Origin: a virus
Length of the DNA stretch: 64,000 nt
Direction: 5' to 3' (one strand)
Virus record (IMG/VR): IMGVR_UViG_3300009514_000019
Span: 3,845-67,844 of that record
Position 1 is the stretch's first letter. Every line of letters starts with the position of its first letter. This document shows positions 19,661-30,250 of this stretch, in pieces. The translations under genes were made by a program, and so were the position numbers. The notes below the pieces were generated by a model. That model was given only the letters and a program-made list of their open reading frames with translations. It was not told the origin of the DNA and ran no database searches.

Positions 19661-22600
19661 TCAAACATTCAAAGCACTGAAACCTGTTTGAACAAGTGAT
19701 TGCTGTAGCATTTGTTGAAACCTATCAGCATCAATCTCATTTTTAACATCAATAGTCACTGTCCTGTTGTCAACAAGTGTATTCTCAGTTTTTGACAAAC
19801 TACCTGGATTAGTAGCACCTGATATATCTGGTGTCAAGTTCCTGCCAACATTACTGGCAAAATTCTCGTAACTAACACCACCAAATTTAGGTAAATTAAT
19901 CGTTAGTTGCTGAACTGCTTCTTTAAAAAATTGCAAGGGTTCAAATAAGTATTGGAAGGCTTTTTCAATATCACTAAGTGGTTGTGGTGCTGGTAACCCT
20001 GAAGGCTGCGGGACTGTTGATTGAACAGGTGACTCACTCTTAGGTACTAAATTAAGGGGTGTTTCAGTTGGTACAAATCTAGGAACTAAAGCACTTGCTC
20101 GCTCACTTTCCCTTTGTTTCCTGAATAAATCATCCTCAGCTTTGATCAATTTTTCCTCAAGCTGCTGTTGCTCTGCTTCCGACACAATACTACCGGGAAA
20201 TCGGGTAGCTGCTTCCTGAGCATTTGCTACCTCAATTTCAAGTAAATGTACTTTATGTTCTTGTAAATCAACTTCCTTTTGTGCTAATTTAGCAGATTCC
20301 CTGGCCCTGGCTGCTTTACTAGCTTCTTCCTGTTGATTTTGAAATTCATCATATGATTTATCAAGCGAATATTTCCTAAACTCTGCTTCTTGACTTTCCA
20401 CACGAGCTACTTCGCTGTTGGTTTCATTTTCACGACTTGATTGATTATCCCTATTTATTTCATCTTCTTCTAATTTAAGTTTACGGCCTATCTCTTCCTC
20501 GTCATAGTGGGCTTTCCAATCAGGATGAAAGTTTTCAGGATACTGCTTACGTTGTGTCCTATCCCATGCTTCCTTGGCTTCTGGACTGAGGAATCCAGGT
20601 TGTCCATCCTTTTTACGTTTTTCAACGGCAGCTTGGGATGCTTTTGCTTTATCACTTAATTCTGGTTTTTTAGCTTGTGGCCTGTTTTTGTATTCCTCCA
20701 GACGCTCACGAGCCTTGTCCATTTTATCATAGTTACTTATATCACCCTCAGTTTGCCACACTTTTTGAGCATCTTCATATTCTTTTTGCAACCTAGCACC
20801 TTTGCCCATAGTTTTTGGAGTAGCTTTTGGCTTTACTGGTGGTTTATCACGTTTTACTGTACCTGGAGGAACTGCTGCTTTATTAGTAACTGGTGGCATA
20901 GTTCCTGGAGGAGCAAATGGTGGTGGTGCAAGCACTTGCACTGGAGCAGCTTCAGGTATTGCAATTGGTTGAGGTACAACAACAGTTACTTTAGGCACAT
21001 TTGCCACATCATTGCAAGTACATTCACTAATCTTCTGTAGTAGCTCAACAACTTTCCTTTCGTACTCATTGTTGCCAACAACTAGCCCACCACCTGCGAA
21101 ATGAGTAGTACTTGATGTTTTTCCAGCAAATCCTGGTACACCAATGTCACCAAACACTTGTGTAGGATGCCTGCCTACTAGCTGGCCAAGGCGATCCTGC
21201 TGACCTTTGTTTAGTATTACTTCATTAGGATGTGCTACAATATGGACACCACTAGAATCACCGTGAACTACTCCACCTGTGTCATAAGCAGGGAAGCCTT
21301 TTTTAACTTTATCAATTAACTGAGGTGTTAGTGTGATACCGTGTCCTGGAATTACTTCACGAGATACTGTAGTTTGATTCCTAGTTACTGTTGGCAAACC
21401 ACGCATATACTGATCTGCTTCTTCCTGTGTGTGCTTTATAACTTGCCCATACTGCCTCCCCTCATTGTTGACTGTGGTTATCACATACTTCATTGACACA
21501 TCTTCCATGCCAACACTACCTTTGCCGGCATATTTTTGCATTAAATTAGGAATTTGTTCATCATATAGTTTTTCAAAGAACTCCTTACGAGGCATCGAAA
21601 CGCCCGAAGGATTCTTCTGCATCTTATTCCATAGCTTTTCAGCAAAATCCCTGTCAATTAACCTAGCATCACCAGCATTAGCTATAACATCTCGCACATC
21701 CTCCAATGAAGATACTCGCCGACCCATTTGATGTTGTATCAACCCTTGTATTAATCCTTCAGCTTCTCCTGGACCAACTTGCTGTTTGTAATCAAGTAGG
21801 TAACTAGGTGCTACTTCGCCTACTGGCGGACGATTTTTGAATGCATCTAGTGCTGCTTTAGTTTTAACTTCAGCAGAAACTTTATGTAGCTTATCAAAAT
21901 CTGGTCCCATAAAATTATCAGGAATTGCTGCTTTTTCTTGTGCATCACGGGCTAGTTGAATTTGCTCCCTAACTGCCTCGCGGCCTGGATTTGCTAATTT
22001 ATTACGATTAGCAAATAATTCAGCAACTTCTTTGGAATCCATTCCAACAGTATGTGCTTGATTTTTAATAAACCGCTCGTCCGCCCTTTCTTTTACCAAT
22101 TTATCTAGGTATTCATAATTTTCCCGCAAATCCTTGACTTTTTGTTTTATTGGAGCACGATTTGCCTTCCTTTGCATAGCAGGTGTTTGTTGTTCCCACT
22201 TAGCAAATTGACTACCCCATCGTTCAAATATTTCCTGACCTGTTGACCAAGTTGCTTTAAGGACACCTTCCTCCGCAGCTTTCTTCAAAAACTGCTTCAC
22301 CATTAGGTCATATTCTTTACCTTGTACATGTTGTGGCATTAACAAAGCATCTTCAGGTGTTGGAGCAATTTGTCCCTCATGCAAGTGCAATGAAGTGCCT
22401 TGTTTCCCCATATCAAATTTACTGGTCCTCATTTCAGTAATTGGATTTTCAATATCGCTAAATGCACTATGCTGGTCCTTCCAAGTATATTGACCACCTT
22501 TCAAAACATTCTCAGCAGTGTCAAAGTCAACTGCTGGGTACTTGGCCTTTAGTTGATTAGCAAGGACTTCCGCTTCTTCTTTACTATTTACCCACCCCAA

Positions 22601-25600
22601 GTTTTTTCCTGAAACAGTATCAAATACTTCAAACTTCCCAGGTAATTGTGTTTTAGGTAATCTTACAAATCCTTCCCTATATGTACCTGGAATACTACCT
22701 GGAGTAGTATATGATTCAAAGTGAGTAGGTTTTCCTAATGATCCTGAAATTGCGTATTGTTTAGCTTCTTCCAAATTATTGAAACTAGCATTACCTTTTC
22801 CTGGTGAAACAACATTAAATGACTCCTCATTGACTTTAATGATCCTAAACCCACCTCCTTCAGAAATAGAGTGCCCTTCCCATGTCCTGTAATCTGGGTT
22901 AAACTTACGAACTGTTTCCTCAGTGCTAAATTTTCCAGTAACGGGATTGGAAAACCCCTCAGACCAAGTCAAATCAGTAAGTGCTTTTGCAGGTTTGCCA
23001 AGTTCTTCATATGTTGGCAACACTGATTTATTGAGTGTATGTTCAAGCAACTCTTTCTTGGTGACATTTTCCTTGCCGGCCAAGAATTGTTCAATACCAA
23101 TGGCCTCAATTTCAGCTTTACTAGCACCTTTGCTAATCAAATCACGTACTCGTGCTATTCCATTTGGACCCTTGAAATTATCCTGCTTCAAATCAGCAAT
23201 AGTTTTTGCAAGTTGGCTATAATATCCAGCCTCATTTGGAGTAATTGCTTTTAGTGCAAGTGCTTCCACAATTTTCTTTTCAGCAGCCTGCCGAGCTATG
23301 GTGGCATTGATGCGTTCCATAGCTGTTGGTGCAAGTGCTTGCACTGGGAATCCATGTACATCGGCTAATGTAGGCAGTAATGCACGTTCAAGTCCTGTTG
23401 TACCCCTTGCAGTGTTAGCTAAGTCACCTAAATGTTGTATACCTGATAAACCCTTGCCTGCTCGCCCCACTCGCATGAAAGTTGCAGGCAGCCCTCCCGC
23501 AGCATTCAAAGGATCAATAAGTGCCTCAGTGATAAAACCAGATTTACCTTTTCCTGGCAGATCATCAACTTTTGGGGTGTATCCGTGAAATTGTCCATAA
23601 TGATCTTGAAATCCAACACTATGTAAAGATTGCCTAACTTTATCATCAACATTACCAAACAACTGTGTATTTACTTCACTGCCGGTAGCTCCTTCATCCT
23701 TTCCTACAATACCAGCACCCATGTCCTTACCAGCAATCCAATTACGAACAAACTGTGCAGGGGTACTCAAAATGTGCATCAACGTATCCGTAGCATGTTT
23801 TCCAGCAGGTGCTGCACGCATCTCCTTGCTAGTGTTGGCATCCACAAATTGTGACCATGCCTCCATATCCTGCTTACGTTTCCTATCTTGCTCCGCTGTA
23901 AGTATACGTTCGCCAGAGTTAGCACGAATGAGCACCTTATCACCACTTGTGCTATTACCTGGAACTACTCCACCTTTTTCAAAGGCTGGCAATCCCCCCA
24001 CCCCTGGTGGAGCAAGTGCCATTGCTTTCAATGCTTTTTCTTTATCATCCGGTGCAAGTGCTTGCACTTGTTTTCCACCCAAACGGGCATTGATAATATG
24101 TAATACACCTATTGTTTCATCAAACTTATTTGTCAGCACATTAACAACTGTGCCAAAACCTCCAATAAGTGTGCTTCCAATCACTTCTTGACCAATATCC
24201 TTATGCACACCGGCAATACCTGCATCAGTACTTGCTTTACCTGCAAATGCTGTGAAGATACTAGCACGTTGCTGTGCTTTTACAGCACCCATTTGCAAAC
24301 CCTGGTTATCTGGATTTGCGTCAGCCCTTTGCATCGCTAAAACAGCTTTGCGTTGTTCTGCTGCGGCTGCGTTTGCCCATATGAACGCCCTACGTTCTTG
24401 ATTCATACGAATCATATACATTACATTATACAACGCAATTAAATCTTGCACTGACTTAACTTGTTTAGCCAATGCTTGTGCTGCTTCCTCATGTACTTTC
24501 AATAATGGATTAGCTGCTTCTTTCAGCTTACCAAGTGACTCTTTCATCTTCTTTTCTTTGTCATCCTTCTCCGCCATTAGGTTTTTAGCATCCCTTGCTT
24601 CTTGTGCAGCTTTAATAGCACCTGCTTTGTACCTACCATTGGCATCGTTGTGAACATTGAAAATCTTGTTAGCTTGTTCAACTTCTTCCTCATATGCTTT
24701 TTGATTACTCAACTTAGCTGCTAGTAGGTCATCACCTCGTGCTTTTGCGGCACGAACTTGCTGATCCCGTAAGAATTCATCACGGGCTTTTATTTCAACT
24801 TGATATGCTTCTTGTAACCTTAGTGCAAGTTCCTTATGTACTTTGACATCCTTCTCCGTCCACTTAACTTTGTCTTTTGCCAAGTCCGATAGCTTTTGTT
24901 CAATTAGCTTAATAGCTTCTTTGACAGCTTCTATATTCTTTAGTTTGTTTTCATATAGTTCTGCTGTTTTCACATCAAACAGCCTTAAGTTATTATCCTT
25001 GTTAGCTCCAGCAACTTGCCCTTGTTCCACTTCTTTTCGCAGCTTTTCCCTCTCATCCTGAAATTTTTCTAATTCCAGCATATCTATAACTAGCTGCTTT
25101 TGCTTATTTCCTAACGTGACTTCAGCACCTTCGATATTTGCATCGGCTTTAGTTACCAACCCTGAGTAATACTCCGCCCATGTTTCAGTCAGTTTCTCAA
25201 CCGCATGTTTCTCTTTCTCCAGCCCGGTTAACCTCTTTTCAATAATCCGATAATACTCATCCTCAGCTTGTTTAACATAATCTTTACGATCTTCTGCTTG
25301 CTTTTTCAATTCATCATTCAATTTGATTTGCTCTTTGAGCTTGTTTATCCCAGTCCTATCTTGGTCAATAGTGTTTAGTTCAACACCTTCATTTTTCAAC
25401 TTTTGGATGATTTTAAGGTTTTCATCCAGCCGTTCTTTTTCTTGCGTAAGTTGCTGAAGTGTGAATGCCTTTGTATCCTCTTCTTTACTTCCTGGCTGTG
25501 CTGATGTATCTTTATCAACTTTGTTGTAGAAAGCAAGCAAGGTTTTTTGGGCACTGCGAATGTTATCTTCAATTTCCTCAAAAGTTTGTCCGAATTGCTC

Positions 25601-28600
25601 CTTGAGTTTCAACAATCGTTCACGATCTAAGGCACCCATACTTTCTGGGTTTTCATTAGACCTCTTTATTAGTCCAACCATTGTTACAAGGTCACTAGCA
25701 ATTCCCATTTGGAATTGAATAGCTTTTTGTGAGTTATTGAGGAATGCTCCAAATGCTTGTCCAGTTCCTTTTAATGTTTTTTCAACTTTGCCAAGTGTTC
25801 CATCTACACCGTGAATAGATTTTCGGAACTTTTCCATCTCCGCTACAGCTTTATCAAGGCTAAGCGTAGTAACCAATGTATACAGCCCGATGAACCCTAA
25901 CAACACCTTTTCAATTATCCAAGAAACTGATTTCAACACCACTACTAATATCAATAAAGCAGCGACTACAGCACCTATTCCAGCAGTCCCCACAAGGTCT
26001 ACTAATGCCAATCCTAATTTATATATAAAACCCAATAACCAAACAAAAATAGGGTTATAGAAAGTAGCCACAAACTCCGCGTAAGCATCCAAAACTGCCC
26101 GCCAAGCTGCTTCTAAGAAAAAAAGTGCTTGTGTTATGAGTGGTACAGAAGTTTTTTGTTCCTCAGTAGTCCCCATTGCGTTATTAGGATTACTAGCATC
26201 TTTAGGAGCTTCCCGCATGTGCTTAGTAGCACGTTGTTTATTCAACTCTTTCATTGCTTCTGTAGCATCTTTAATAACTTGCACATATACTTGCATTACC
26301 TTAACACCACTGCCAATACTGTCCTCCATACCTTCAATTGGTTTCCATGCTTTCACAAATCCATACACAGCGATAGCAGCAAGTGTGATTGCAGCAGCCA
26401 GCCAACCAACTATGCCTAAAGCGTGTCGCAGCAATACACCTACTTCTGTTAAACCCCTTGCAACACTTCCCCATAAAGTAGGATTGATTGCACCTACTTG
26501 AGCATTTAACACTGTGGAAGATGTTATAAGTGTGGCATTTGACGCGGCTGCTTGCCTTGCATAATTCCGTAATGCTTGTCCAGCCAAACCTTGTGCCACA
26601 CCCATTTGAAGCAAGGCACGAGTATTTAGTGTGGCTGCACCTGCTGCGTGTGTTAATTGTGCAGAGGCTGCTTGAGCACTTAATGCGAGGCTACTCCACT
26701 GAGTTATTGAACCACCTACAACTGCAAGCATAGTGCCTAACGCAGCAGAAACTGTGCCAAACACAACTAGTATGGCAGATAACGCAGTTGTTAAATAGAT
26801 TACTGATCTAGCTGTGTCCGTGAATACGGGGTTTTTCAGTAACTCAAGTATTTGATCCAAAAATCCTACTAATGTGACAACAACTCGCCTGATATCCTCT
26901 TCAACCTTCTTAAATACTTGAATTTTGATTGATTCAACACGAGACTTGAATTCAACCAAAGCACCACTGAGGTTTTGCCAACGCAGTGAGGCTTGTCGTA
27001 GTCCCTCACCAAAACTATTGTTAATAGCATCGGAAATCTCATTTATTTTACTGACAGGGGCATTCATCAATGCCAACATTGCCCTGCCAGCACGTTCCCC
27101 AAACTGATCCAAAACATCTGCCGCAGATACACCAACTAATTTGAATTCTTTGATGATGTCAATAACACTAACAATTTGAGGGTTAACAGCTTCAAAGCTA
27201 GAACCATACCGTTCCATCAACTTACTAGTTTTATCAACGTCCCGCACTAGTCCTGACAGGATTTGAGCAAGGCCAGTGCCGGCACGGCTGGCCTTAATAC
27301 CACTGTTAGAAAGTATGGATAAAGCAGCAGCCGTGTCTTCAATAGTTTGGCCCATTGAAGCTGCAACAGGTGCAGCGAAGCTAAAAGCATTTGCCAACTG
27401 GAGGAGTGTGGTGTTAGCGACAACTTCGCCCTTGGTGAGGATATCTACAACCCTAGTGACTTCAATACCACTAAGTTGAAAGGCATTCATAAAGTCAGCA
27501 GCAATTTCTGCTGACCTACCAAGTTCAACGAAACCAGCCATTGATAAGTTAAGGACAGCAGGCAGTGCTGCCATAGTTTCCTTAGCGGACAAACCAGCTT
27601 GCCCAAGAAAACGAGCACCTTCCGCTACTTCAACCGCTGTGAATTTAGTAGTGGCAGCTAATTTCAGGACTGTTGTTTCAAGGCTCTTAAATAACTGGTT
27701 TGCTTCATTAGTACCAGTATTCATATTACTAATAACAGACCTAGCAGTATCCATTGATTGCTGATAGGCCGCACCAGTGGTTATGATGTTCTTACCAAGT
27801 AGTAAGAAACCTACTCCGATTGCAGTGGCAGCTACACCGAGCCTTTGAAGTTGCCCTCCAATTTGTGAAAGCAAACTACCTGTAGTAATCAAAGACTGTA
27901 AGTTGGCCCTAATTAGTGCTTGTGAGTTTTCCCATGTTGCACGATTTGCTTTATCTAATGCATTTGTAGCATCTGTATTAGCTTTTTTCTCATTAGTAAT
28001 TTGCTGAATTAATTGACCCTCACGAGCCATCATTTCTTGCAGTGCCCTGTGAACTGAGGGGTCTCCTGCCAATGTCTGCTGCTGTGTCCTCATAGCATTC
28101 ATACGGACCATTACTGCGGCTTCCTCAGCACGTAGATTGGCCATATGCTGTGCTGCCGTCATGCCAGTAGGACGTGGTGCAGCAGCACCTAATCGTATTT
28201 GATCCTGTAATCGTCGTAATTCCCTACCAGCATTTATAATATCCTGTTGCAAACTTCCAAAAGTCCGAACATTCTGCATGTCCGTGAGTCGTGCTCGAAA
28301 ATTTGTTAACTGTGTAGTCGCTGTAGCAATCTGTGTACTCAGTGTCCACTGTTCTGCTGAACCGGCAGGTGTCCTGCTCATCAATGAGCGAGCTTGTGCA
28401 ACCTGCCTTGTTAACTGCCGTATCTGTACCTCAGTTTCACGAATACTGTTCCTAACAGCAGCAAATACTGTATTATTAATATCACCAGTATGCATTGCCC
28501 TGCGAAATTCTTGAAGCCTGTGCTGGGCAGCTTGTATACGATTATTGAGTTGTGTATCAATACCTTGAGACAGTAATTTAACCTGTTGAGTAACGCCATT

Positions 28601-28693
28601 AAAGGCAGTTTGAACTTGATTCAAACCACCAATAAAGCCATCAACTCTGGCAACAAATTCGAGCAAATAAGTACCGAATATGATACACCTCAA
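19661..28693 (-). CDS. Tail tape measure protein (TP901-like core) with a large C-terminal extension
   Basis: TKFTAVEVAEGA..LGQAG, L.NSGIKASRAGT.L, hydrophobic helices and coiled coils; follows the chaperone pair. Exact start codon uncertain. Confidence 0.92.
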   Translation of the reverse strand: MRCIIFGTYLLEFVARVDGFIGGLNQVQTAFNGVTQQVKLLSQGIDTQLNNRIQAAQHRLQEFRRAMHTGDINNTVFAAVRNSIRETEVQIRQLTRQVAQARSLMSRTPAGSAEQWTLSTQIATATTQLTNFRARLTDMQNVRTFGSLQQDIINAGRELRRLQDQIRLGAAAPRPTGMTAAQHMANLRAEEAAVMVRMNAMRTQQQTLAGDPSVHRALQEMMAREGQLIQQITNEKKANTDATNALDKANRATWENSQALIRANLQSLITTGSLLSQIGGQLQRLGVAATAIGVGFLLLGKNIITTGAAYQQSMDTARSVISNMNTGTNEANQLFKSLETTVLKLAATTKFTAVEVAEGARFLGQAGLSAKETMAALPAVLNLSMAGFVELGRSAEIAADFMNAFQLSGIEVTRVVDILTKGEVVANTTLLQLANAFSFAAPVAASMGQTIEDTAAALSILSNSGIKASRAGTGLAQILSGLVRDVDKTSKLMERYGSSFEAVNPQIVSVIDIIKEFKLVGVSAADVLDQFGERAGRAMLALMNAPVSKINEISDAINNSFGEGLRQASLRWQNLSGALVEFKSRVESIKIQVFKKVEEDIRRVVVTLVGFLDQILELLKNPVFTDTARSVIYLTTALSAILVVFGTVSAALGTMLAVVGGSITQWSSLALSAQAASAQLTHAAGAATLNTRALLQMGVAQGLAGQALRNYARQAAASNATLITSSTVLNAQVGAINPTLWGSVARGLTEVGVLLRHALGIVGWLAAAITLAAIAVYGFVKAWKPIEGMEDSIGSGVKVMQVYVQVIKDATEAMKELNKQRATKHMREAPKDASNPNNAMGTTEEQKTSVPLITQALFFLEAAWRAVLDAYAEFVATFYNPIFVWLLGFIYKLGLALVDLVGTAGIGAVVAALLILVVVLKSVSWIIEKVLLGFIGLYTLVTTLSLDKAVAEMEKFRKSIHGVDGTLGKVEKTLKGTGQAFGAFLNNSQKAIQFQMGIASDLVTMVGLIKRSNENPESMGALDRERLLKLKEQFGQTFEEIEDNIRSAQKTLLAFYNKVDKDTSAQPGSKEEDTKAFTLQQLTQEKERLDENLKIIQKLKNEGVELNTIDQDRTGINKLKEQIKLNDELKKQAEDRKDYVKQAEDEYYRIIEKRLTGLEKEKHAVEKLTETWAEYYSGLVTKADANIEGAEVTLGNKQKQLVIDMLELEKFQDEREKLRKEVEQGQVAGANKDNNLRLFDVKTAELYENKLKNIEAVKEAIKLIEQKLSDLAKDKVKWTEKDVKVHKELALRLQEAYQVEIKARDEFLRDQQVRAAKARGDDLLAAKLSNQKAYEEEVEQANKIFNVHNDANGRYKAGAIKAAQEARDAKNLMAEKDDKEKKMKESLGKLKEAANPLLKVHEEAAQALAKQVKSVQDLIALYNVMYMIRMNQERRAFIWANAAAAEQRKAVLAMQRADANPDNQGLQMGAVKAQQRASIFTAFAGKASTDAGIAGVHKDIGQEVIGSTLIGGFGTVVNVLTNKFDETIGVLHIINARLGGKQVQALAPDDKEKALKAMALAPPGVGGLPAFEKGGVVPGNSTSGDKVLIRANSGERILTAEQDRKRKQDMEAWSQFVDANTSKEMRAAPAGKHATDTLMHILSTPAQFVRNWIAGKDMGAGIVGKDEGATGSEVNTQLFGNVDDKVRQSLHSVGFQDHYGQFHGYTPKVDDLPGKGKSGFITEALIDPLNAAGGLPATFMRVGRAGKGLSGIQHLGDLANTARGTTGLERALLPTLADVHGFPVQALAPTAMERINATIARQAAEKKIVEALALKAITPNEAGYYSQLAKTIADLKQDNFKGPNGIARVRDLISKGASKAEIEAIGIEQFLAGKENVTKKELLEHTLNKSVLPTYEELGKPAKALTDLTWSEGFSNPVTGKFSTEETVRKFNPDYRTWEGHSISEGGGFRIIKVNEESFNVVSPGKGNASFNNLEEAKQYAISGSLGKPTHFESYTTPGSIPGTYREGFVRLPKTQLPGKFEVFDTVSGKNLGWVNSKEEAEVLANQLKAKYPAVDFDTAENVLKGGQYTWKDQHSAFSDIENPITEMRTSKFDMGKQGTSLHLHEGQIAPTPEDALLMPQHVQGKEYDLMVKQFLKKAAEEGVLKATWSTGQEIFERWGSQFAKWEQQTPAMQRKANRAPIKQKVKDLRENYEYLDKLVKERADERFIKNQAHTVGMDSKEVAELFANRNKLANPGREAVREQIQLARDAQEKAAIPDNFMGPDFDKLHKVSAEVKTKAALDAFKNRPPVGEVAPSYLLDYKQQVGPGEAEGLIQGLIQHQMGRRVSSLEDVRDVIANAGDARLIDRDFAEKLWNKMQKNPSGVSMPRKEFFEKLYDEQIPNLMQKYAGKGSVGMEDVSMKYVITTVNNEGRQYGQVIKHTQEEADQYMRGLPTVTRNQTTVSREVIPGHGITLTPQLIDKVKKGFPAYDTGGVVHGDSSGVHIVAHPNEVILNKGQQDRLGQLVGRHPTQVFGDIGVPGFAGKTSSTTHFAGGGLVVGNNEYERKVVELLQKISECTCNDVANVPKVTVVVPQPIAIPEAAPVQVLAPPPFAPPGTMPPVTNKAAVPPGTVKRDKPPVKPKATPKTMGKGARLQKEYEDAQKVWQTEGDISNYDKMDKARERLEEYKNRPQAKKPELSDKAKASQAAVEKRKKDGQPGFLSPEAKEAWDRTQRKQYPENFHPDWKAHYDEEEIGRKLKLEEDEINRDNQSSRENETNSEVARVESQEAEFRKYSLDKSYDEFQNQQEEASKAARARESAKLAQKEVDLQEHKVHLLEIEVANAQEAATRFPGSIVSEAEQQQLEEKLIKAEDDLFRKQRESERASALVPRFVPTETPLNLVPKSESPVQSTVPQPSGLPAPQPLSDIEKAFQYLFEPLQFFKEAVQQLTINLPKFGGVSYENFASNVGRNLTPDISGATNPGSLSKTENTLVDNRTVTIDVKNEIDADRFQQMLQQSLVQTGFSALNV

Positions 28694-28717
28694 CTTATCT
28701 CAAGAAATACACCTATG

Positions 28718-28751
28718 AAAAAAGTTCAGTAACAAAAGTGCTACTGAACTT
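28718..28751 (-). terminator. Probable intrinsic terminator/attenuator upstream of the tape measure gene
   Basis: AAGTTCAGTA...TACTGAACTT stem followed by a T-run on the minus strand. Confidence 0.55.
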
Positions 28752-28758
28752 CAAAAAT

Positions 28759-29154
28759 TCAATCCTTTTTAATATACGAAAATCCTGATAAATCCATTGC
28801 TTCAAAAGCAACAGTGCTATCCTCCCGTACCGACTTAGTAGTATTTGCTATTTTAGGTTTTAACTGCTCAAAGAATTTCTCAACTTGCTGTTGATCACCA
28901 CCTTGGGCTAAATTATATAACCTAAATAGCTTAATACTTTCCATATACTCACGCAACTTGACGGCATTCAGGAGTTCTTTCAATGCTGTGTATGGCTGAT
29001 CTAATATATACTCAATAGTCCAGTGATATATATTAGCTAATGTGTCTACTAACCTTCCAACGGGATCAATTGAACTCACTAATTCGGTGAGGTCGTTTGA
29101 TTGTTCAACATTGTCGGAAGGACTTTGCGAAAAAGCTCCTTGAGTACCTCCCAA
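28759..29154 (-). CDS. Tail assembly chaperone, frameshift extension (gpT-like)
   Basis: Overlaps the upstream chaperone ORF in the -1 frame; no convincing RBS or ATG of its own; directly before the TMP. Confidence 0.7.
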   Translation of the reverse strand: MGGTQGAFSQSPSDNVEQSNDLTELVSSIDPVGRLVDTLANIYHWTIEYILDQPYTALKELLNAVKLREYMESIKLFRLYNLAQGGDQQQVEKFFEQLKPKIANTTKSVREDSTVAFEAMDLSGFSYIKKD

Positions 29155-29501
29155 TTAATGGCTGTTCGCATTTTATCCAATAATTGAGCGGCCTCTCCTA
29201 ATGAAATTCCATCAACTTCGTCAGTACCTTCAAAAAATTCAACTGACTTGCTAGTGCAAGCACTTGCACAACTACAAAATGTTTTGAATACTTCTGGATC
29301 GGCAAGCAATTCCGCCAAATTACCGATTGAATCGACACCTTCACCAGTGCCTAATGTCGTAAGTTTAAGTAACATTGATTTTGCATCACGCAGCATAATC
29401 AATGTTTTTTTCAAAGAAGGGTCTTTGACAATTACAACTTCATTCTTAATAGTAATTTCATGCACTGGGGGAACAAAAACATCTGACATGGTAATCTCCA
29501 T
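29079..29501 (-). CDS. Tail assembly chaperone (gpG-like)
   Basis: Lies between tail tube and TMP; CTT-TTT-C slippery run near the 3' end. Confidence 0.7.
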   Translation of the reverse strand: MEITMSDVFVPPVHEITIKNEVVIVKDPSLKKTLIMLRDAKSMLLKLTTLGTGEGVDSIGNLAELLADPEVFKTFCSCASACTSKSVEFFEGTDEVDGISLGEAAQLLDKMRTAINWEVLKELFRKVLPTMLNNQTTSPN

Positions 29502-29527
29502 TGTTAAATGTACATTAAATCTTTTAA

Positions 29528-29821
29528 TTAGTTTCTCTGGCTATGAATGAGGTCTTTAAGCCGTCCTTGAGCCGATGTGAATTCCTTTGGCTCCACTTGA
29601 CAAGCACCATTATAATAGCTCATTACTAATGTATTAACCTCCTCCTTTGTTGCTGGTAAGAGGAACGTGAAATAGAGCACTGCTTTGCTATTTCCTTCTT
29701 GAATAGTATCATACTTTGAAAGTTGTGCTTTTTTGTCATCCTTCTTAAATGACCACAAAAATGCTGCTAAATTAAAATCTTTAGTAGTAAACGAAGAAGG
29801 AATTTCCATATTGATGTCCAT
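29528..29821 (-). CDS. DUF5659-like phage protein
   Basis: FTTKDFNLAAFL...F.F...VEP..F...LK pattern, recognised from memory. Confidence 0.55.
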   Translation of the reverse strand: MDINMEIPSSFTTKDFNLAAFLWSFKKDDKKAQLSKYDTIQEGNSKAVLYFTFLLPATKEEVNTLVMSYYNGACQVEPKEFTSAQGRLKDLIHSQRN

Positions 29822-29837
29822 TTTTAATCTCCTTTAA

Positions 29838-30200
29838 TTACACAATATCAAGGTAAGGTATGCCGCAAACAATAGTATCCTCTACATCAAGTCCATAAAC
29901 TGATGTGAGTTCAATCTGCCCATACTTGCTACCATACACCCAGGTAAAATTGGGGAAGCCATCACCAGGGTAACGGGTGTCTTCACCAGTTACCGCTGCG
30001 TCGCCATTGTCATCCAAAGTAGCTCGGTTATCATCAAGAAACTGTTGGATAGCGTCTTTCAAAATAGCTTGAATCAACCGAATTTGTGTGACTCGATTCG
30101 CATCATCTTGCAATGTGAACCGAACAATAGTGCCGGAAGGATTACTGACTTCAACATCGAAGTCACCAAATCCGCCAACATCTGTATAACTCTGTCCCAT
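29838..30200 (-). CDS. Hypothetical tail-region protein
   Basis: 120-aa ORF with AAAGGA RBS. Confidence 0.7.
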   Translation of the reverse strand: MGQSYTDVGGFGDFDVEVSNPSGTIVRFTLQDDANRVTQIRLIQAILKDAIQQFLDDNRATLDDNGDAAVTGEDTRYPGDGFPNFTWVYGSKYGQIELTSVYGLDVEDTIVCGIPYLDIV

Positions 30201-30250
30201 GTCATTTTCCTTTCAAAGGTAGTCAAAAATACCATATTAGCAAAGTGTGC

